Positions 10,362 to 21,103 of a stretch of 64,000 nucleotides of DNA are shown here, piece by piece. Location of the stretch: positions 288,001 through 352,000 of the forward strand of contig CAVQHD010000001.1 of the NCBI GenBank assembly GCA_963712275.1. Reading direction: 5' to 3'. Source of the stretch: an uncultured Rhabdochlamydiaceae bacterium (lineage in GTDB: Bacteria; Chlamydiota; Chlamydiia; Chlamydiales; Rhabdochlamydiaceae). A program made the position numbers and the translations under genes. The notes beneath the pieces are model-generated. The model was given only the letters and a program-made list of their open reading frames with translations. It did not search any database and was not told the origin of the DNA. How positions within the stretch are numbered: the first letter of the stretch is position 1; each line of letters starts with the position of its first letter.

Positions 10362-11132
10362 ATGAAAGAGGCTCTTAAAGCAATTCTAGTGATTCAAGAT
10401 CTTGATATGAAGATGCTTCGACTCATGCGCGTCAAAAAGGAACGTCTTAAGGAAATTGAACAGATTGAGACTCTCCGCAAAGAGCTTCATCAGCAACTGG
10501 CTGAAAAAGAAAAAGAAATTACAGATTTCAATAAACTGATTGTCGCCTTGGAGCAGAGAATTCAAGAGATTGTTGACAAAATTAAAAAACTAGAATCCCA
10601 ACAAGGCTCCATTACAAAAGTGGAACAGTTTAATGCCATTACACAAGAGATGACCTCCTTGGAACGAGAACGCATTACAACGGAACAAAAAGTATCCGAT
10701 CTCGTCGATAAACGGGTTGCAGAAGAAGAACTTCTTGGAAAAATTAAAGAGAGCTTGCAGACCTCTGAAATTAGCAGCCTTTCTCTTGAAAAAGAGATTC
10801 GGGATAGCATCCAGCTAATCAATCAAGAAGGGTCTTCTTTAAAAGCAGAACGAGAAGAGCTCGCGAAAAGTGCAGATGTCGAGACGCTCCGAATTTACGA
10901 AAGGCTTCTCCGGAATAAAAAAGATCGAGTCATCGTTCCAATTGAAAATCGGTCCTGCAGCGGCTGCCATATTGCCCTGACTGCTCAACATGAAAATGTG
11001 GTTCGCAAAGGAGATAATCTCGTCTTCTGCGAACATTGCTCTCGAATCCACTATTGGCAACCCGAAGAAGTGGCTGCAGAAGGAGCCTCTTCTGGTGTGA
11101 AGCGGCGTCGACGTCGCATTGCAAGTGCCTAA
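10362..11132 (+). CDS. cdsZ: Coiled-coil C4 zinc-ribbon protein (CT398/CdsZ-like)
   Basis: Long coiled coil, CSGC...CEHCSRI zinc ribbon, RRRRR tail; adjacent to rnpB. Confidence 0.85.
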   Translation: MKEALKAILVIQDLDMKMLRLMRVKKERLKEIEQIETLRKELHQQLAEKEKEITDFNKLIVALEQRIQEIVDKIKKLESQQGSITKVEQFNAITQEMTSLERERITTEQKVSDLVDKRVAEEELLGKIKESLQTSEISSLSLEKEIRDSIQLINQEGSSLKAEREELAKSADVETLRIYERLLRNKKDRVIVPIENRSCSGCHIALTAQHENVVRKGDNLVFCEHCSRIHYWQPEEVAAEGASSGVKRRRRRIASA

Positions 11133-11138
11133 TTTTTA

Positions 11139-11497
11139 CGGGAAGGCAAGCAACCGCTAGACGCCTAAAGCGTCTAGAGGAAAGTCTGGACTTCATAGGA
11201 GAAGATACCAGTGAAAGACTGGGGGCCGAAAGAGGGTTTCCTCTTGAAGGCTACGGAAAGTGTCACAGAAAATAGTCCGCGGCTGTCTTTGATAGCCGAC
11301 AGGTTGAAAATAGAGATTTCAAGAATCTCTCACACTTGTTGAGAAGCAAGGTGCGATAAACCCTATCTGAAGCAAGAAAAGGCTCTCTCCAAAAGTGTTC
11401 TCCGCACTAGAGAGTCATTAGATCGCTCGAGAGCTTTGGCGACAAAGCTCCTAGAAGAATGGTTGCTCACGACAGAATCCGGCTTACCGCCTTCCCG
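11139..11497 (+). ncRNA. rnpB: RNase P RNA
   Basis: GAGGAAAGTC(T)GG near the 5' end and ACAGAATCCGGCTTA near the 3' end; P1 stem CGGGAAGGC/GCCTTCCCG followed by a T-run. Confidence 0.95.
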
Positions 11498-11517
11498 GCT
11501 TTTTTACAGTAAAGGAA

Positions 11518-11593
11518 AAGGGAACGAACACGATAGCATTCACGAAAGAAATCTCCTCGCTATTTTCGTAAACGTTACCGTATCCGTTCCCTT
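11518..11593 (-). other. Strand-specific RNA hairpin downstream of a porin gene
   Basis: 28-bp stem with five G-U pairs when read on the minus strand. Confidence 0.6.
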
Positions 11594-11622
11594 GCCCGAT
11601 CTCTTTTCCTCTAAAATAACTC

Positions 11623-11673
11623 AGCCCATCTTCCTCGCCTCGGGTCCCAGGTCCGAGATGAAGAAGATGGGCT
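11623..11673. terminator. Hairpin downstream of the porin gene
   Basis: AGCCCATCTTC...GAAGATGGGCT inverted repeat about 30 nt after the stop at 11702. Confidence 0.5.
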
Positions 11674-11701
11674 TAAATGCATGAACTTGATCTAAGAAGC
11701 T

Positions 11702-12787
11702 TTAGAAATCAAAGCGGAATTCCGCTGTGACTCCTTGCAACATAAGATCATCGGAAAAACGATGGTATCCAACAGCACTTCCATCTCCTTGCAGCCAAGG
11801 TATCTGATTTTGCCGAGGCCAGTATTGAAGTTCATATCCAACTTTCATCATGAAATGATTACGGTCGCGATTGAATGGAACATCCCATGAAAGCGCCATC
11901 ATCCCTTGAAACATTGCGGCAGCGAGATTACGAGTCAAACCACCCACATCGTACCCACGATACACCGCTCCTCCTGAGGAGAATGTCTGTTCATGCTTCA
12001 CTCTAAAGTGTCCATACATCAAGGCTCCTGCAAAATCTCCAAGCAGGCTAAACCGATGATTGAGCATTTTTCCCGCACTTCCTAGCACCCACATCGTGTT
12101 GAAACCGATAGAAGGACCAACGCCCCAGAAATCATTCTTGAACCGCCCAAGCGACCCGTAAGACTGTTCATTATTGGCGAAACTAAGACGGATATTTTGG
12201 TTGATCCATCCGCCTTTAACGCCAACATGAGGGCGGAGAGCAAGATACTTACTGACATAATACCAACGTCCTAACTCCCAATCAGCCATATTGTATTGGA
12301 TTTTCCAATGAATTTTACCTGAGGTAAAGCTCCCAAATAATCCTAAGTTATCGTGAACGACACCACCTGCACTGACTCCGGCACCATTGCTCGTATCTGT
12401 TTCAAACCAGGTCCAATAAAGATTGGAATCCCACATATCATGATCGATGTTGACTCCAAGACCCGCTTTAAAACCCCAGCTCCATTTGAAATTAAGCGAG
12501 TGCACGTCCTTTTGCAAAACTATCTGCCCAAGAACATCAGGTGTCTTTACTGCCCAATCTGTATTTCCAACATCTGCATGCCAATAAAGGGCATCGGCAA
12601 ATAGATACCATCCATTGTCGCTTTCAGGGCGAGCAGAGGTTAAAGTGACCATGTTCATGGGACTCATCGTTTTCATCTGCTGCGATTGCTGCTCATTCAT
12701 TTTTTGAGTGGCGGCAACCATTTCACTGTCTGCAAAAGCAGCCGTGGTACTTAGCGCAAGGACACTACATAGTACTGTTTTTTTCAT
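11702..12787 (-). CDS. MOMP-like (Lpg1974-family) outer-membrane porin
   Basis: Signal peptide; DALYW, WSWGFKAGLG, FWGVGP, GYELQYW motifs; C-terminal Phe (FRFDF). Confidence 0.85.
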   Translation of the reverse strand: MKKTVLCSVLALSTTAAFADSEMVAATQKMNEQQSQQMKTMSPMNMVTLTSARPESDNGWYLFADALYWHADVGNTDWAVKTPDVLGQIVLQKDVHSLNFKWSWGFKAGLGVNIDHDMWDSNLYWTWFETDTSNGAGVSAGGVVHDNLGLFGSFTSGKIHWKIQYNMADWELGRWYYVSKYLALRPHVGVKGGWINQNIRLSFANNEQSYGSLGRFKNDFWGVGPSIGFNTMWVLGSAGKMLNHRFSLLGDFAGALMYGHFRVKHEQTFSSGGAVYRGYDVGGLTRNLAAAMFQGMMALSWDVPFNRDRNHFMMKVGYELQYWPRQNQIPWLQGDGSAVGYHRFSDDLMLQGVTAEFRFDF

Positions 12788-12822
12788 CCGTTACTCCTAC
12801 CTATCTGTTTTTATTTAGGTTC

Positions 12823-13725
12823 TTATCCTCTTTTTACCAAAGGGTGTGCCTTATCGTAAACTTCTTTCTTTATTTTCTTTGAAACCTGCGTATAAATTGT
12901 GGTTGTTGCAAGTGAATGATGCCCTAATAAAGTTTGGATTGTTTTAAGATCCATTCCATTTTCAAGCCAGTGCGTTGCGATCGAATGCCGCATTGTATGA
13001 GGCGTTGCTTTTGCAGCCAGTCCCGAGGAACGTAAATAAACCTTGAAGTTCCGATCGACCGATCGAGCTGTTAACCTTTCTCCCCACCTATTTAAAAAAA
13101 GCGCCTCATGATCCTTTTCAGCCTCATGCTGCTCTCCACTGCACCCTCTTTCAGGGTGGTCCAAGTACCGCGTGATCCACTCCGCTGCAGTCTGTGTAAT
13201 TGGAATCACCCGTTCCTTTTTTCCTTTTCCTTTCACCCGAATCGTCAAATGAACTAAATCAATATCCTTTCGGTTCAATCCCACAAGTTCGCTAATTCGG
13301 AGCCCAGAGCTATAAAATAGCTCCATAATCGTGCGGTCTCGAAATCCTAGCAAAGAGGTGGCGTCGGGCTGCCTGAAAAGCATCTCGATTTCTTCCCGCG
13401 AAAGGGGCGCTGGAATGGTTTTTTCAAGCTTAGGAGCATCAATTTCCTCTAGAGGATTTTGTGTTAACACCCCTTCTTTAACAAGAAACTTGAAGAATGA
13501 GCGTAAAGAAGAGAGCCTTCTTAAAATCGTTTTCTTTCTTGCCAGTTTTTGATTGAGCTGGGCTAGATACGCCCGAATATGCTTCTTATCAACACTCTGA
13601 AGCGGCATTTGTTGGGAAAATATTTGAAACTGGTTAAGGTCAAGACTATAATTTCGGATCGTGTGAGGAGAAGCGTTACGGATCGCCCTTAAATAAGTTA
13701 AAAACTTTTCTTTCCACTGCTGCAT
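12823..13725 (-). CDS. xerC: Tyrosine recombinase XerC
   Basis: SGLRISEL, HTMRHSIATH, LLGH, TTIYT; AAGGAG RBS before MQQWKEK. Confidence 0.9.
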   Translation of the reverse strand: MQQWKEKFLTYLRAIRNASPHTIRNYSLDLNQFQIFSQQMPLQSVDKKHIRAYLAQLNQKLARKKTILRRLSSLRSFFKFLVKEGVLTQNPLEEIDAPKLEKTIPAPLSREEIEMLFRQPDATSLLGFRDRTIMELFYSSGLRISELVGLNRKDIDLVHLTIRVKGKGKKERVIPITQTAAEWITRYLDHPERGCSGEQHEAEKDHEALFLNRWGERLTARSVDRNFKVYLRSSGLAAKATPHTMRHSIATHWLENGMDLKTIQTLLGHHSLATTTIYTQVSKKIKKEVYDKAHPLVKRG

Positions 13726-13755
13726 AAACTCTCCTTTTGGTAGACTTATCTCTTT

Positions 13756-15342
13756 ATGAAACCGTTTCATTCTATCACTTTAGCAAATATTTCAAAAAAA
13801 GTTGGGACTCGTCTCTTATTTGAAAATGTCCAAGCAACGTTCAACCCCTCTCATCGATACGCTTTAACAGGTCCTAATGGCTCTGGTAAATCGACCCTAA
13901 TGAAACTGATGATGGGTCTTGAAGAGCCGACAGGCGGAACCGTGACGCTTCCCCGTAAAGTAGGATTTTTAAAGCAAAACATTGAAGACTTTAAAGAGTT
14001 TCGAGTTTTAGATGTTGTCATCATGGGCAATAGCCGCCTTTGGAGCGCCTTTCAAGAGAGAGACCATCTCTACGAACAAGAGATGACGGATGAAGTCGGC
14101 ATTCGACTAGGAGAGCTCGAAGAGATTGTCGCTGAAGAGAATGGCTATGCCGCTGAATCCGAAGCTGAAGAGCTTCTCAGCGGAATGGGAATTTCTTCTG
14201 CTTTTCATCAAAAAAAAATGCACCAAATCCCTCTTGACGCCCAGTTTCGGGTTTTACTTTGCCAAGCGCTCTTTGGAGATCCTGAAGCGCTCTTATTGGA
14301 TGAGCCGACGAACCATCTTGATTTAAGTTCAATTGGCTGGCTTGAAGAGTTCCTCCTGAATTATAAAGGAACATTGATTGTGATTAGTCACGACCGGCAC
14401 TTTGTCAATACAGTTGCAACCGATATTGCGGATATTGACTTTGAAACCATTATTATCTATCCAGGGAACTATGACCAAATGGTTGTGGCAAAAACATCTG
14501 TTCGAGCACGCGCAGAAGACGAAAACAAGTCAAAAGAAAAAAAGATTTCCCAGCTTCAAGAATTTGTGGCCCGCTTTGGAGCTGGAACCAGGGCCAGCCA
14601 AGTCAAATCACGGATACGAGAAATTAACCGCCTACAGCCAACAGAGCTTAAAAAATCAAACATTCAGCGACCCTACATCCGGTTCTATCCTCCTGAAAAA
14701 CCGTCAGGACAAATCGTCCTCAAAGTGGATCATATCTCAAAGAGATTCGATAGCCATCCCGTGATTGCTGATTTTTCATTTGAAATCCTCCGCGGAGATA
14801 AAATCGGGGTCATCGGAAATAACGGCCGCGGTAAAACAACGCTCCTCAAAATGCTTGCCGGCGCCCTTACTCAGGATACCGGGCGTATTGAGCTGGGCCA
14901 CCAGGTTCAGATAGGCTATTTTCCACAAAATCACTCCGACATAATTGATAAAAAAGCCTCTCTTACGCTGTTTGATTGGCTCAAAAGTCAAAAAGAAGGT
15001 GTTTATGATCAAGATATTCGGAGCGTCTTAGGAAAGATGCTCTTTGCAGGGGATGACGCTTTTAAACCTGTGATCCATCTTTCAGGTGGAGAAACCGGCA
15101 GGCTTATCCTAGCGCGGCTGATGCTCTTAAATTTCAACTTCTTGATTTTAGACGAGCCTAATAACCATTTAGATTTAGAGGCTGTTGCAGCGCTAGGCTT
15201 TGCTTTAGAGGACTATAAGGGGACAGTCATTATGGCTGCTCACGACCGAGAACTCCTCGATGAAGTCGCAACGAAAATCATTGCTTTTGAAGAAGACGGA
15301 ATTCACTTTTTTAACGGAACACTGGAAGAATACTTGGCTTAA
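13756..15342 (+). CDS. ABC-F family ATPase
   Basis: Two ABC domains (GPNGSGKS, GNNGRGKT, two LDEP.NHLD), no TM segments. Confidence 0.93.
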   Translation: MKPFHSITLANISKKVGTRLLFENVQATFNPSHRYALTGPNGSGKSTLMKLMMGLEEPTGGTVTLPRKVGFLKQNIEDFKEFRVLDVVIMGNSRLWSAFQERDHLYEQEMTDEVGIRLGELEEIVAEENGYAAESEAEELLSGMGISSAFHQKKMHQIPLDAQFRVLLCQALFGDPEALLLDEPTNHLDLSSIGWLEEFLLNYKGTLIVISHDRHFVNTVATDIADIDFETIIIYPGNYDQMVVAKTSVRARAEDENKSKEKKISQLQEFVARFGAGTRASQVKSRIREINRLQPTELKKSNIQRPYIRFYPPEKPSGQIVLKVDHISKRFDSHPVIADFSFEILRGDKIGVIGNNGRGKTTLLKMLAGALTQDTGRIELGHQVQIGYFPQNHSDIIDKKASLTLFDWLKSQKEGVYDQDIRSVLGKMLFAGDDAFKPVIHLSGGETGRLILARLMLLNFNFLILDEPNNHLDLEAVAALGFALEDYKGTVIMAAHDRELLDEVATKIIAFEEDGIHFFNGTLEEYLA

Positions 15343-15437
15343 ACTCGACTTTGTACAATTTTTAGCGAGCAGATCCAGAGAAATCGCTCTGCAAATTCTT
15401 GATTTCTTCGCGAAATTCATAGACGAAGGCGCTATTC

Positions 15438-15974
15438 ATGAGCGAAGAAATCAAGAATTTGCCAGCGATTTTCTCGGAGATGCCGATAAAAATTGTACAA
15501 AGTCGAGTGAAATGGTATCATCGAAAAGATAAGGAAAAATCCATGATTCAAAGACTAGGACCTACAACTCCGCCCAGCGATCCCCACAGAGCCAGTTCCT
15601 CTGGCACTTTAGGGAAAACCCTTCAAACCTATGCTGAGCTTCTTTCTCACCCTAACCCTTCAAATCCTCGCGATCTGGAAGCCATTGCTAGAACAACTGT
15701 TGAACTCCGAGAAAGCGCTAAGTCGGTCATGCACGCCGCCTCTCCTGTTCTTCGCACGGCTGCAAGTGATCTTGAAAACCTCCTTCAATGCCAGCTTTCT
15801 GTCAAAGGAATCACATCAACCGTATCGATTTTAGCAGCGTCAGAACATTATTTGGACAACCCTACAACAGCAGAGTTAGGCCCTTTGGTCCAAGAGCTTT
15901 GCAATAATGCCTATGCTCTTGAACAGATGCGCAATGAGCTAAACCTTCTCTCTAAAGAGATTACAGAAGTTTAA
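15438..15974 (+). CDS. Hypothetical protein (start may be 15543)
   Basis: Open frame filling the gap; Pro/Ser-rich segment followed by a helical region. Confidence 0.55.
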   Translation: MSEEIKNLPAIFSEMPIKIVQSRVKWYHRKDKEKSMIQRLGPTTPPSDPHRASSSGTLGKTLQTYAELLSHPNPSNPRDLEAIARTTVELRESAKSVMHAASPVLRTAASDLENLLQCQLSVKGITSTVSILAASEHYLDNPTTAELGPLVQELCNNAYALEQMRNELNLLSKEITEV

Positions 15975-16145
15975 GAGACTGCCTACGGATTCAGGTTTCG
16001 TCGATTTTTGGGGTTATTTTGGCCAATTTTTGATTCATTTGTTGGGGGTAATATACGAAAGTTGATATTACCCCCAACAAATGAATCAAAAATTGGCTCA
16101 AAAGAACCCAAAAATCGACTGAAACTGAATCCGTAGGCAGTCTCT
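15974..16145. repeat. 172-bp palindromic element, family A copy 1
   Basis: AGAGACTG...CAGTCTCT ends; core GGGGGTAATATACGAAAGTTGATATTACCCCC. Confidence 0.95.
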
Positions 16146-17310
16146 AAAAATCCCAACAGATCTGTAAGTTTGCTCCTTGCAGCGTTAGCGTCCCATTCTC
16201 ATGATCAAAGTGGTCGACCGTGACCACTGTTGTTGCTTGATTATTCATTGCATCAAGACGCGTCATCCGATTTTGAGAATACCACTGACTCCAGTCATAC
16301 CCTAAAGAGATCGCGAGCCTCCATCGATCTTGATGGAAAAACATCTCCCATTGCACTCCCACCATTGCCTCTAGATTCGGTGCCCCTGTTGTGAGGTGTT
16401 CATTGAAAGAAGTAGGCGTTGTTGCAGCAACTCCAGGTCCACTTGAACCAATGAAGGTGCGTCCTTTTTCCTTCACATGAAAGTCTGCATACAGAAGAGA
16501 GCCCCCTACTTGCCCCAGAATCGAAAAAGAGGAGCTACAATGCCACTCAAGCTCTGCTGCGGCATGCACACCCACTCCCCAGAAACGGTTTTCAGCATGA
16601 AACGATGTGGGTAAACTTAAAGTCGGTGATGTTGTTAGCAAAGCGTTGTATTTCGCATGGTAGCTTTGATGGATGGTTGCCCCTCGCAGGCCTATTAAAG
16701 GGTGAACAGAAACAGTTTTAGCAATAAAATAACTCCGCCCCAAGCTCAGATCATACACATTGTAGGCCAAATTCCACTTAGCGGAAGCTCGATCTGCAAA
16801 AGAGCCGAGCAAAACTCCTCCCCAGTAAGGGATGAGCGCCTCCCCTTCTAAGGTTTGTAAATTGAAATTCTGAGAAGATTTGTGATCCGATTGCTCTGTC
16901 TGGAAATGGGTCCAGACCGCCGTCAGATCCCAGAAGTCTTTGTGAGAAAAGGTAAACCCGAGCCCCACCCGAAATCCCGGATCCCACCGCACTTTTGGAC
17001 TCTGCATGTGCGCTGAGAATTTTGGGGAGCTGCTTCCTAGATCCACCTTTGCCGCATATTGCAACCCCTCTTCATCAGCTCGCCAGTATAAGACATCTCC
17101 ACGAACAAACCATCCTCCATCATAAAGAGTTGGAGCGCTTTTCCCCTCCCATGTGTTGTGAATATTTTTTTCGCCGATATCTCGAAGAGTGACTCGAGCC
17201 CCTTTTTTCGTCTTGATTGGAGGCTCCGTCCCCATCTGCTGATGCCGAATCTCGCATCCCGTGGCAAGCAGCAGTAATCCCGCTAGTGAACTCGCAAAAG
17301 AGTATTTCAT
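16144..17310 (-). CDS. MOMP-like (Lpg1974-family) outer-membrane porin
   Basis: DVLYW, WDPGFRVGLG, FWGVG, GYDWSQW; C-terminal WDF; lipobox-like LATGC. Confidence 0.85.
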   Translation of the reverse strand: MKYSFASSLAGLLLLATGCEIRHQQMGTEPPIKTKKGARVTLRDIGEKNIHNTWEGKSAPTLYDGGWFVRGDVLYWRADEEGLQYAAKVDLGSSSPKFSAHMQSPKVRWDPGFRVGLGFTFSHKDFWDLTAVWTHFQTEQSDHKSSQNFNLQTLEGEALIPYWGGVLLGSFADRASAKWNLAYNVYDLSLGRSYFIAKTVSVHPLIGLRGATIHQSYHAKYNALLTTSPTLSLPTSFHAENRFWGVGVHAAAELEWHCSSSFSILGQVGGSLLYADFHVKEKGRTFIGSSGPGVAATTPTSFNEHLTTGAPNLEAMVGVQWEMFFHQDRWRLAISLGYDWSQWYSQNRMTRLDAMNNQATTVVTVDHFDHENGTLTLQGANLQICWDF

Positions 17311-17390
17311 TTTTTCCCTCGCCCTTTCTCCGTCTTTAGCAAGGTCAGAATAAAATTAAAATATTTTTTTACATTTAAAACCAGTCTAAA

Positions 17391-17547
17391 GGCCCGTCAA
17401 TGAATAACTTCCCACCTTAAATCGCGCCAAAGCCCCGCGATTGAGTTGTCGGAGAGGGGGGAAGTATCGATGACACCCCCCCTCTCCGACAACTCAATCG
17501 CGGGGCTTTGGCGCGATTTAAGATGGGAAGTTATTCATTGACGGGCC
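17391..17547. repeat. 157-bp palindromic element, family B
   Basis: GGCCCGTCAA...TTGACGGGCC arms containing GGGGCTTTGGCGC. Confidence 0.95.
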
Positions 17548-17656
17548 CTAAGTTCTGGAGTTCAGAGAAAGGTTTGCAATCTCCTATCTTTTTATTTGTG
17601 GTCGCGGTATTGTATCTAATAGATTTTTTGGAAAACTTCAAAGAAAGAGGTGTCTT

Positions 17657-18253
17657 ATGTCACTAGTTGAAAACGTTGGAAATTCAGAAAGTATTGAGTG
17701 GATGCTCAAAGAAAGCCAAGAGGAGCCTCATGAAAAAAGAGTGCATCGATTCATCCGCAAAGTTGCTAACGAACGCATGGAGTTTATCAAATCTTACAAA
17801 GAAGTCCATTTTTTAAAGGACTTGGACATCTGTTTATTATTTCCAGGAGAATTTTCTAGCTGCGCATACCATGATCAGCTGATCAAAAAACTTTCTAATT
17901 ACCACCCCCAATCGCAAGAACAGTTTGAAGATTTTATAGACTGGGTGCGAGGTCTGCGTTCCACTGTAGAATCGATAGCAAAAAATTTAACTAAAGTTGA
18001 GGAAAATTTTGCTGCAAATCCACGAGCAATAACAGTCGAAACGCTTGATTCTGGATTTCATACTCTTTTAGTAATAGCCCAGGATCGAAGAGAACTAAAT
18101 GATTATTTAGATAAGGTGTCTAAAAACTACGAACAGTGGACTGCAGAAGACTGGAAAAATATTCAAGAGATCTTCGAGAAAAAAAAGCTCCCCTTCTCCC
18201 ATGACTTTGTTCAGCGATGTCAGCGGGTGGCACTTAAAACTCTTGCTGCTTAG
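17657..18253 (+). CDS. Hypothetical protein
   Basis: 198-aa ORF with GAGG RBS; no recognised motif. Confidence 0.7.
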   Translation: MSLVENVGNSESIEWMLKESQEEPHEKRVHRFIRKVANERMEFIKSYKEVHFLKDLDICLLFPGEFSSCAYHDQLIKKLSNYHPQSQEQFEDFIDWVRGLRSTVESIAKNLTKVEENFAANPRAITVETLDSGFHTLLVIAQDRRELNDYLDKVSKNYEQWTAEDWKNIQEIFEKKKLPFSHDFVQRCQRVALKTLAA

Positions 18254-18378
18254 GCTTTAGAGAGAACTCGCAAAAATCCCTCTTTGTCAGAGTCTGATTT
18301 CAGAAATTGCCTTAGAATTTCTTGCTCATGGAAACGACCAATAATTTTTTTTTGCTGTTCTTTTGGTTCACGTTTCAT
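18250..18378 (-). pseudogene. N-terminal fragment of an AAA+ (archaeal-type) ATPase
   Basis: IIGRFHEQEILRQFL resembles the FYGRKEELDRL start of the ATPase at 30927; truncated before Walker A. Confidence 0.5.
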
Positions 18379-18417
18379 GACAAAGCCTGCTTCCTCTATA
18401 GAACTGATTGTAAATAT

Positions 18418-18586
18418 GCGCCGCTTATAATACAAGTATAAGCGGCGCTTACTTCCGTTTTTATTATTTTTTATGTAAAAAGTTTTTTAATTATTACCAT
18501 AACTTGCTTAGGATTAGAATGATCAGAAATAAATCCGTTTTGTGAGCACGCGCCGCTTATAACGCCTACATAAGCGGCGCGTGCTC
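18418..18586. promoter_or_regulatory. Two copies of a 31-bp palindrome GCGCCGCTTAT-N9-ATAAGCGGCGC
   Basis: Copies at 18418-18448 and 18550-18580. Confidence 0.7.
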
Positions 18587-19495
18587 TCAACCCTTAGGAA
18601 ACGGAATCACCTTCAGATCGTCTGCCACGACAGTTGTTGGGAAAATCGCTCGGGCTTCTTGCTCAAATCCATTCAGCTCTTGATAACGGGCGGAGAAATG
18701 AGTGAGAACAAGAAGCTGGACGCCGGCTTTCTTGGCAAGGGTTGCAGCCTGCTGCGCTGTCATATGTCGGTACTCTCGTGCAAGCTGGTGGTGTTCTTGG
18801 AGATAGGTGCTCTCGCAAAGAAAGAGCGTAGCACCCTTTGCGGCTTCCAGCACGCCAGGACATGGAAGTGTATCGATGACGATGGCAAAAACATCCCCTT
18901 TGCGGAAATGGCTCACGTCATCTAAGACAACTTTTTTTCCGTTGATGAGAAGGTGTCCTTCTGCTTCAAGCTGCCGAACAAGAGGGCCTTCAACTCCAAA
19001 TGCTTTCAGTTTTTCTCTATCAAATTTTCGAACATCTTTCTCAATGATCCGATAGGCCCAATTTTCGACTCCATGCTCAAGCGGGTAGGCTTCGATGCGG
19101 AAGGTATCGTCTTCATCAACAAGACCGGGATGATGAACGGGATGGGTGATCACTTGAATGTTCTCATGATAGATCGTTCCGTACCGAAGCCGATCAAAAT
19201 AGATTTGCCCACTAGCGGGATAGTAACAATGAATCGGATGAGCGACTTTATCTAAATTCAGACGCATCAACATCGACCCTAATCCCAGACAGTGGTCTCC
19301 ATGAAAATGGCTGATCAGAAGATGTGTAACCGTGGGAGGAGCAATTTTTGCAAAGATAAATTGCCGCTGCGTTCCTTCCCCGGGATCAAAAAGAAATCCT
19401 CGCTCATTCCAACGAACCAGATAGGCCCCTTGATTGCGGCGACGCGTCGGCTGCTGGCTGGAGCATCCTAAAATGGTTAAATCTTTTGGCGTCAC
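18587..19495 (-). CDS. rnz: Ribonuclease Z
   Basis: [24 protein letters not shown]; probable GTG start. Confidence 0.93.
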   Translation of the reverse strand: MTPKDLTILGCSSQQPTRRRNQGAYLVRWNERGFLFDPGEGTQRQFIFAKIAPPTVTHLLISHFHGDHCLGLGSMLMRLNLDKVAHPIHCYYPASGQIYFDRLRYGTIYHENIQVITHPVHHPGLVDEDDTFRIEAYPLEHGVENWAYRIIEKDVRKFDREKLKAFGVEGPLVRQLEAEGHLLINGKKVVLDDVSHFRKGDVFAIVIDTLPCPGVLEAAKGATLFLCESTYLQEHHQLAREYRHMTAQQAATLAKKAGVQLLVLTHFSARYQELNGFEQEARAIFPTTVVADDLKVIPFPKG

Positions 19496-19499
19496 TTCC

Positions 19500-20606
19500 T
19501 CATCTCCTAGCAAACCATGAAAGACGGCCTAAAACAACCCCAAAAAATCCCCCAATCACGTGGGCCGTATTCGCAATGTTCGCATAGACTTCAGTCACAT
19601 GGAAGTACTGGAGCGCCATTGAAATGATCTCTAGTACAAGCATGGCAGCTACAAAAACAGCGATAAAAACGACGACAGACCGTTGAAGAGGATACCCTTC
19701 CCAAGGAGCGATTTTCTGCCTTGTCCAAATAAACCCGACAAGCCCCGTGATAATCCCTGAATACCCAAGAAAAATAGGACCGCTGACAAGATATTGGAAT
19801 ACATTTCCCATGACTCCCAATAAGAGGCTTAAAAAAAGGTATCTAAACCGTCCAATCCTTTCTTCGACTTGCCGCCCTAAAAGATAGAGCCATGCCATAT
19901 TAAACAGAATATGAAGCCACCCGCCATGGAGAAACACAGGTGTGATCAGGCGCCAAAACTCACCTTCGCGGATTTTGCCAAATAAAGTTCCTGAGGGAAG
20001 TTTTTCATATAACGTCCAATTTCGCGTGACAAGGATATCCGCGACTCCCTTCCATGTCGGAGCCTCTTTGATTTTTGTAAAACAAGCGGCCCCCTCTCCA
20101 GAAAGGTGCTTAAGATCATCCGGAGTCTTAATTTGATACTGCTCAAAAAATTGCTCAAAATAGGTGAGATAGGCGGGATAGTCGAATAAGAGCTGTTTTT
20201 GAATGGGGACAAGCTCGTACTCAAGAGCTACAACTCCCTGCGTTTGTTCCATTTGCGCCATTTGAAATAAACCCCAAAGAAAGAGAAAGCCGCAGACAGC
20301 AATGATGAGATGGGTCACCGAAAACGGGGCTCTCACTTGAGAAAAGTCAGAGCGCACTTTCCAAGGAGAGTGGTGCTCTTTATGCAGAGGCTGATTTTCA
20401 AAAGGGACTTGAAACTGAGCAGCAGCAGGATTTTGCTTCCACTGTTCATAAAAAGTATAAGCCGTACTAAAGTCATCTTCTTCAACCACCCAAAGCCGGT
20501 AGACGTTCTCTGCCGGCTCATAAAAACTTTTAATGCCGTGATTTTGCAAAAAGGTTTGCAGCCCAAAAGCCTCTTTTTCGCTCTGAAACTCTCCAATTAA
20601 CCGCAT
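19500..20606 (-). CDS. Rhomboid intramembrane serine protease (GlpG-like)
   Basis: [24 protein letters not shown]. Confidence 0.92.
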   Translation of the reverse strand: MRLIGEFQSEKEAFGLQTFLQNHGIKSFYEPAENVYRLWVVEEDDFSTAYTFYEQWKQNPAAAQFQVPFENQPLHKEHHSPWKVRSDFSQVRAPFSVTHLIIAVCGFLFLWGLFQMAQMEQTQGVVALEYELVPIQKQLLFDYPAYLTYFEQFFEQYQIKTPDDLKHLSGEGAACFTKIKEAPTWKGVADILVTRNWTLYEKLPSGTLFGKIREGEFWRLITPVFLHGGWLHILFNMAWLYLLGRQVEERIGRFRYLFLSLLLGVMGNVFQYLVSGPIFLGYSGIITGLVGFIWTRQKIAPWEGYPLQRSVVVFIAVFVAAMLVLEIISMALQYFHVTEVYANIANTAHVIGGFFGVVLGRLSWFARR

Positions 20607-21103
20607 GTCGTTAAAATCTTTTTAATTAGGTTTGATGTCGAAAGGCCTGCGATCAGAGGCACAATATGGATCCTTCCCCCATGACTTTTAACCACGTCTG
20701 CCTCAATGCAATTAGCCCCATATTCCGACCCATTTACATGAACATCAGGGCAAATAATCTCCAAAACGGTTCTAGGATCTGTCTCATTGAAGCACGAGAC
20801 ATAAGCCACAAACCCTAGAGCTGCCATCATCTGGAGCCGATAGGAAAGGGGCACAATGGGCCTCTTAGGACTTTTATATTTCTGAATCGACTCATCGGTA
20901 TTCAAAAGCACAATGAGAAGGTCTGCTTGACGAGAGGCTTCATAGATCATATGAAGATGCCCCGCGTGGAGAAGGTCGAAGGATCCATTCAATGTTGCGA
21001 TTGTTTCTCCTTTTTTTTTAAGCGACTGGGTTTTCTCAGCAAGATGTAAAGGATCGATCCATTTTGTCTGGAAATACTCTTCAAAGCTGTTTGGGAAAGA
21101 CAA
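20597..21103 (-). CDS. Cytidylyl/adenylyltransferase (RfaE domain II-like)
   Basis: NGSFDLLHAGH HxGH motif, STSNLIKKI; TTG start with GAGGT RBS. Confidence 0.88.
   Translation of the reverse strand: MSFPNSFEEYFQTKWIDPLHLAEKTQSLKKKGETIATLNGSFDLLHAGHLHMIYEASRQADLLIVLLNTDESIQKYKSPKRPIVPLSYRLQMMAALGFVAYVSCFNETDPRTVLEIICPDVHVNGSEYGANCIEADVVKSHGGRIHIVPLIAGLSTSNLIKKILTTCG

Noticed and set aside
12823..13725. Tyrosine recombinase as an island or phage integrase
   Set aside because: Sequence and position next to the ABC-F gene fit housekeeping XerC; no phage genes nearby.
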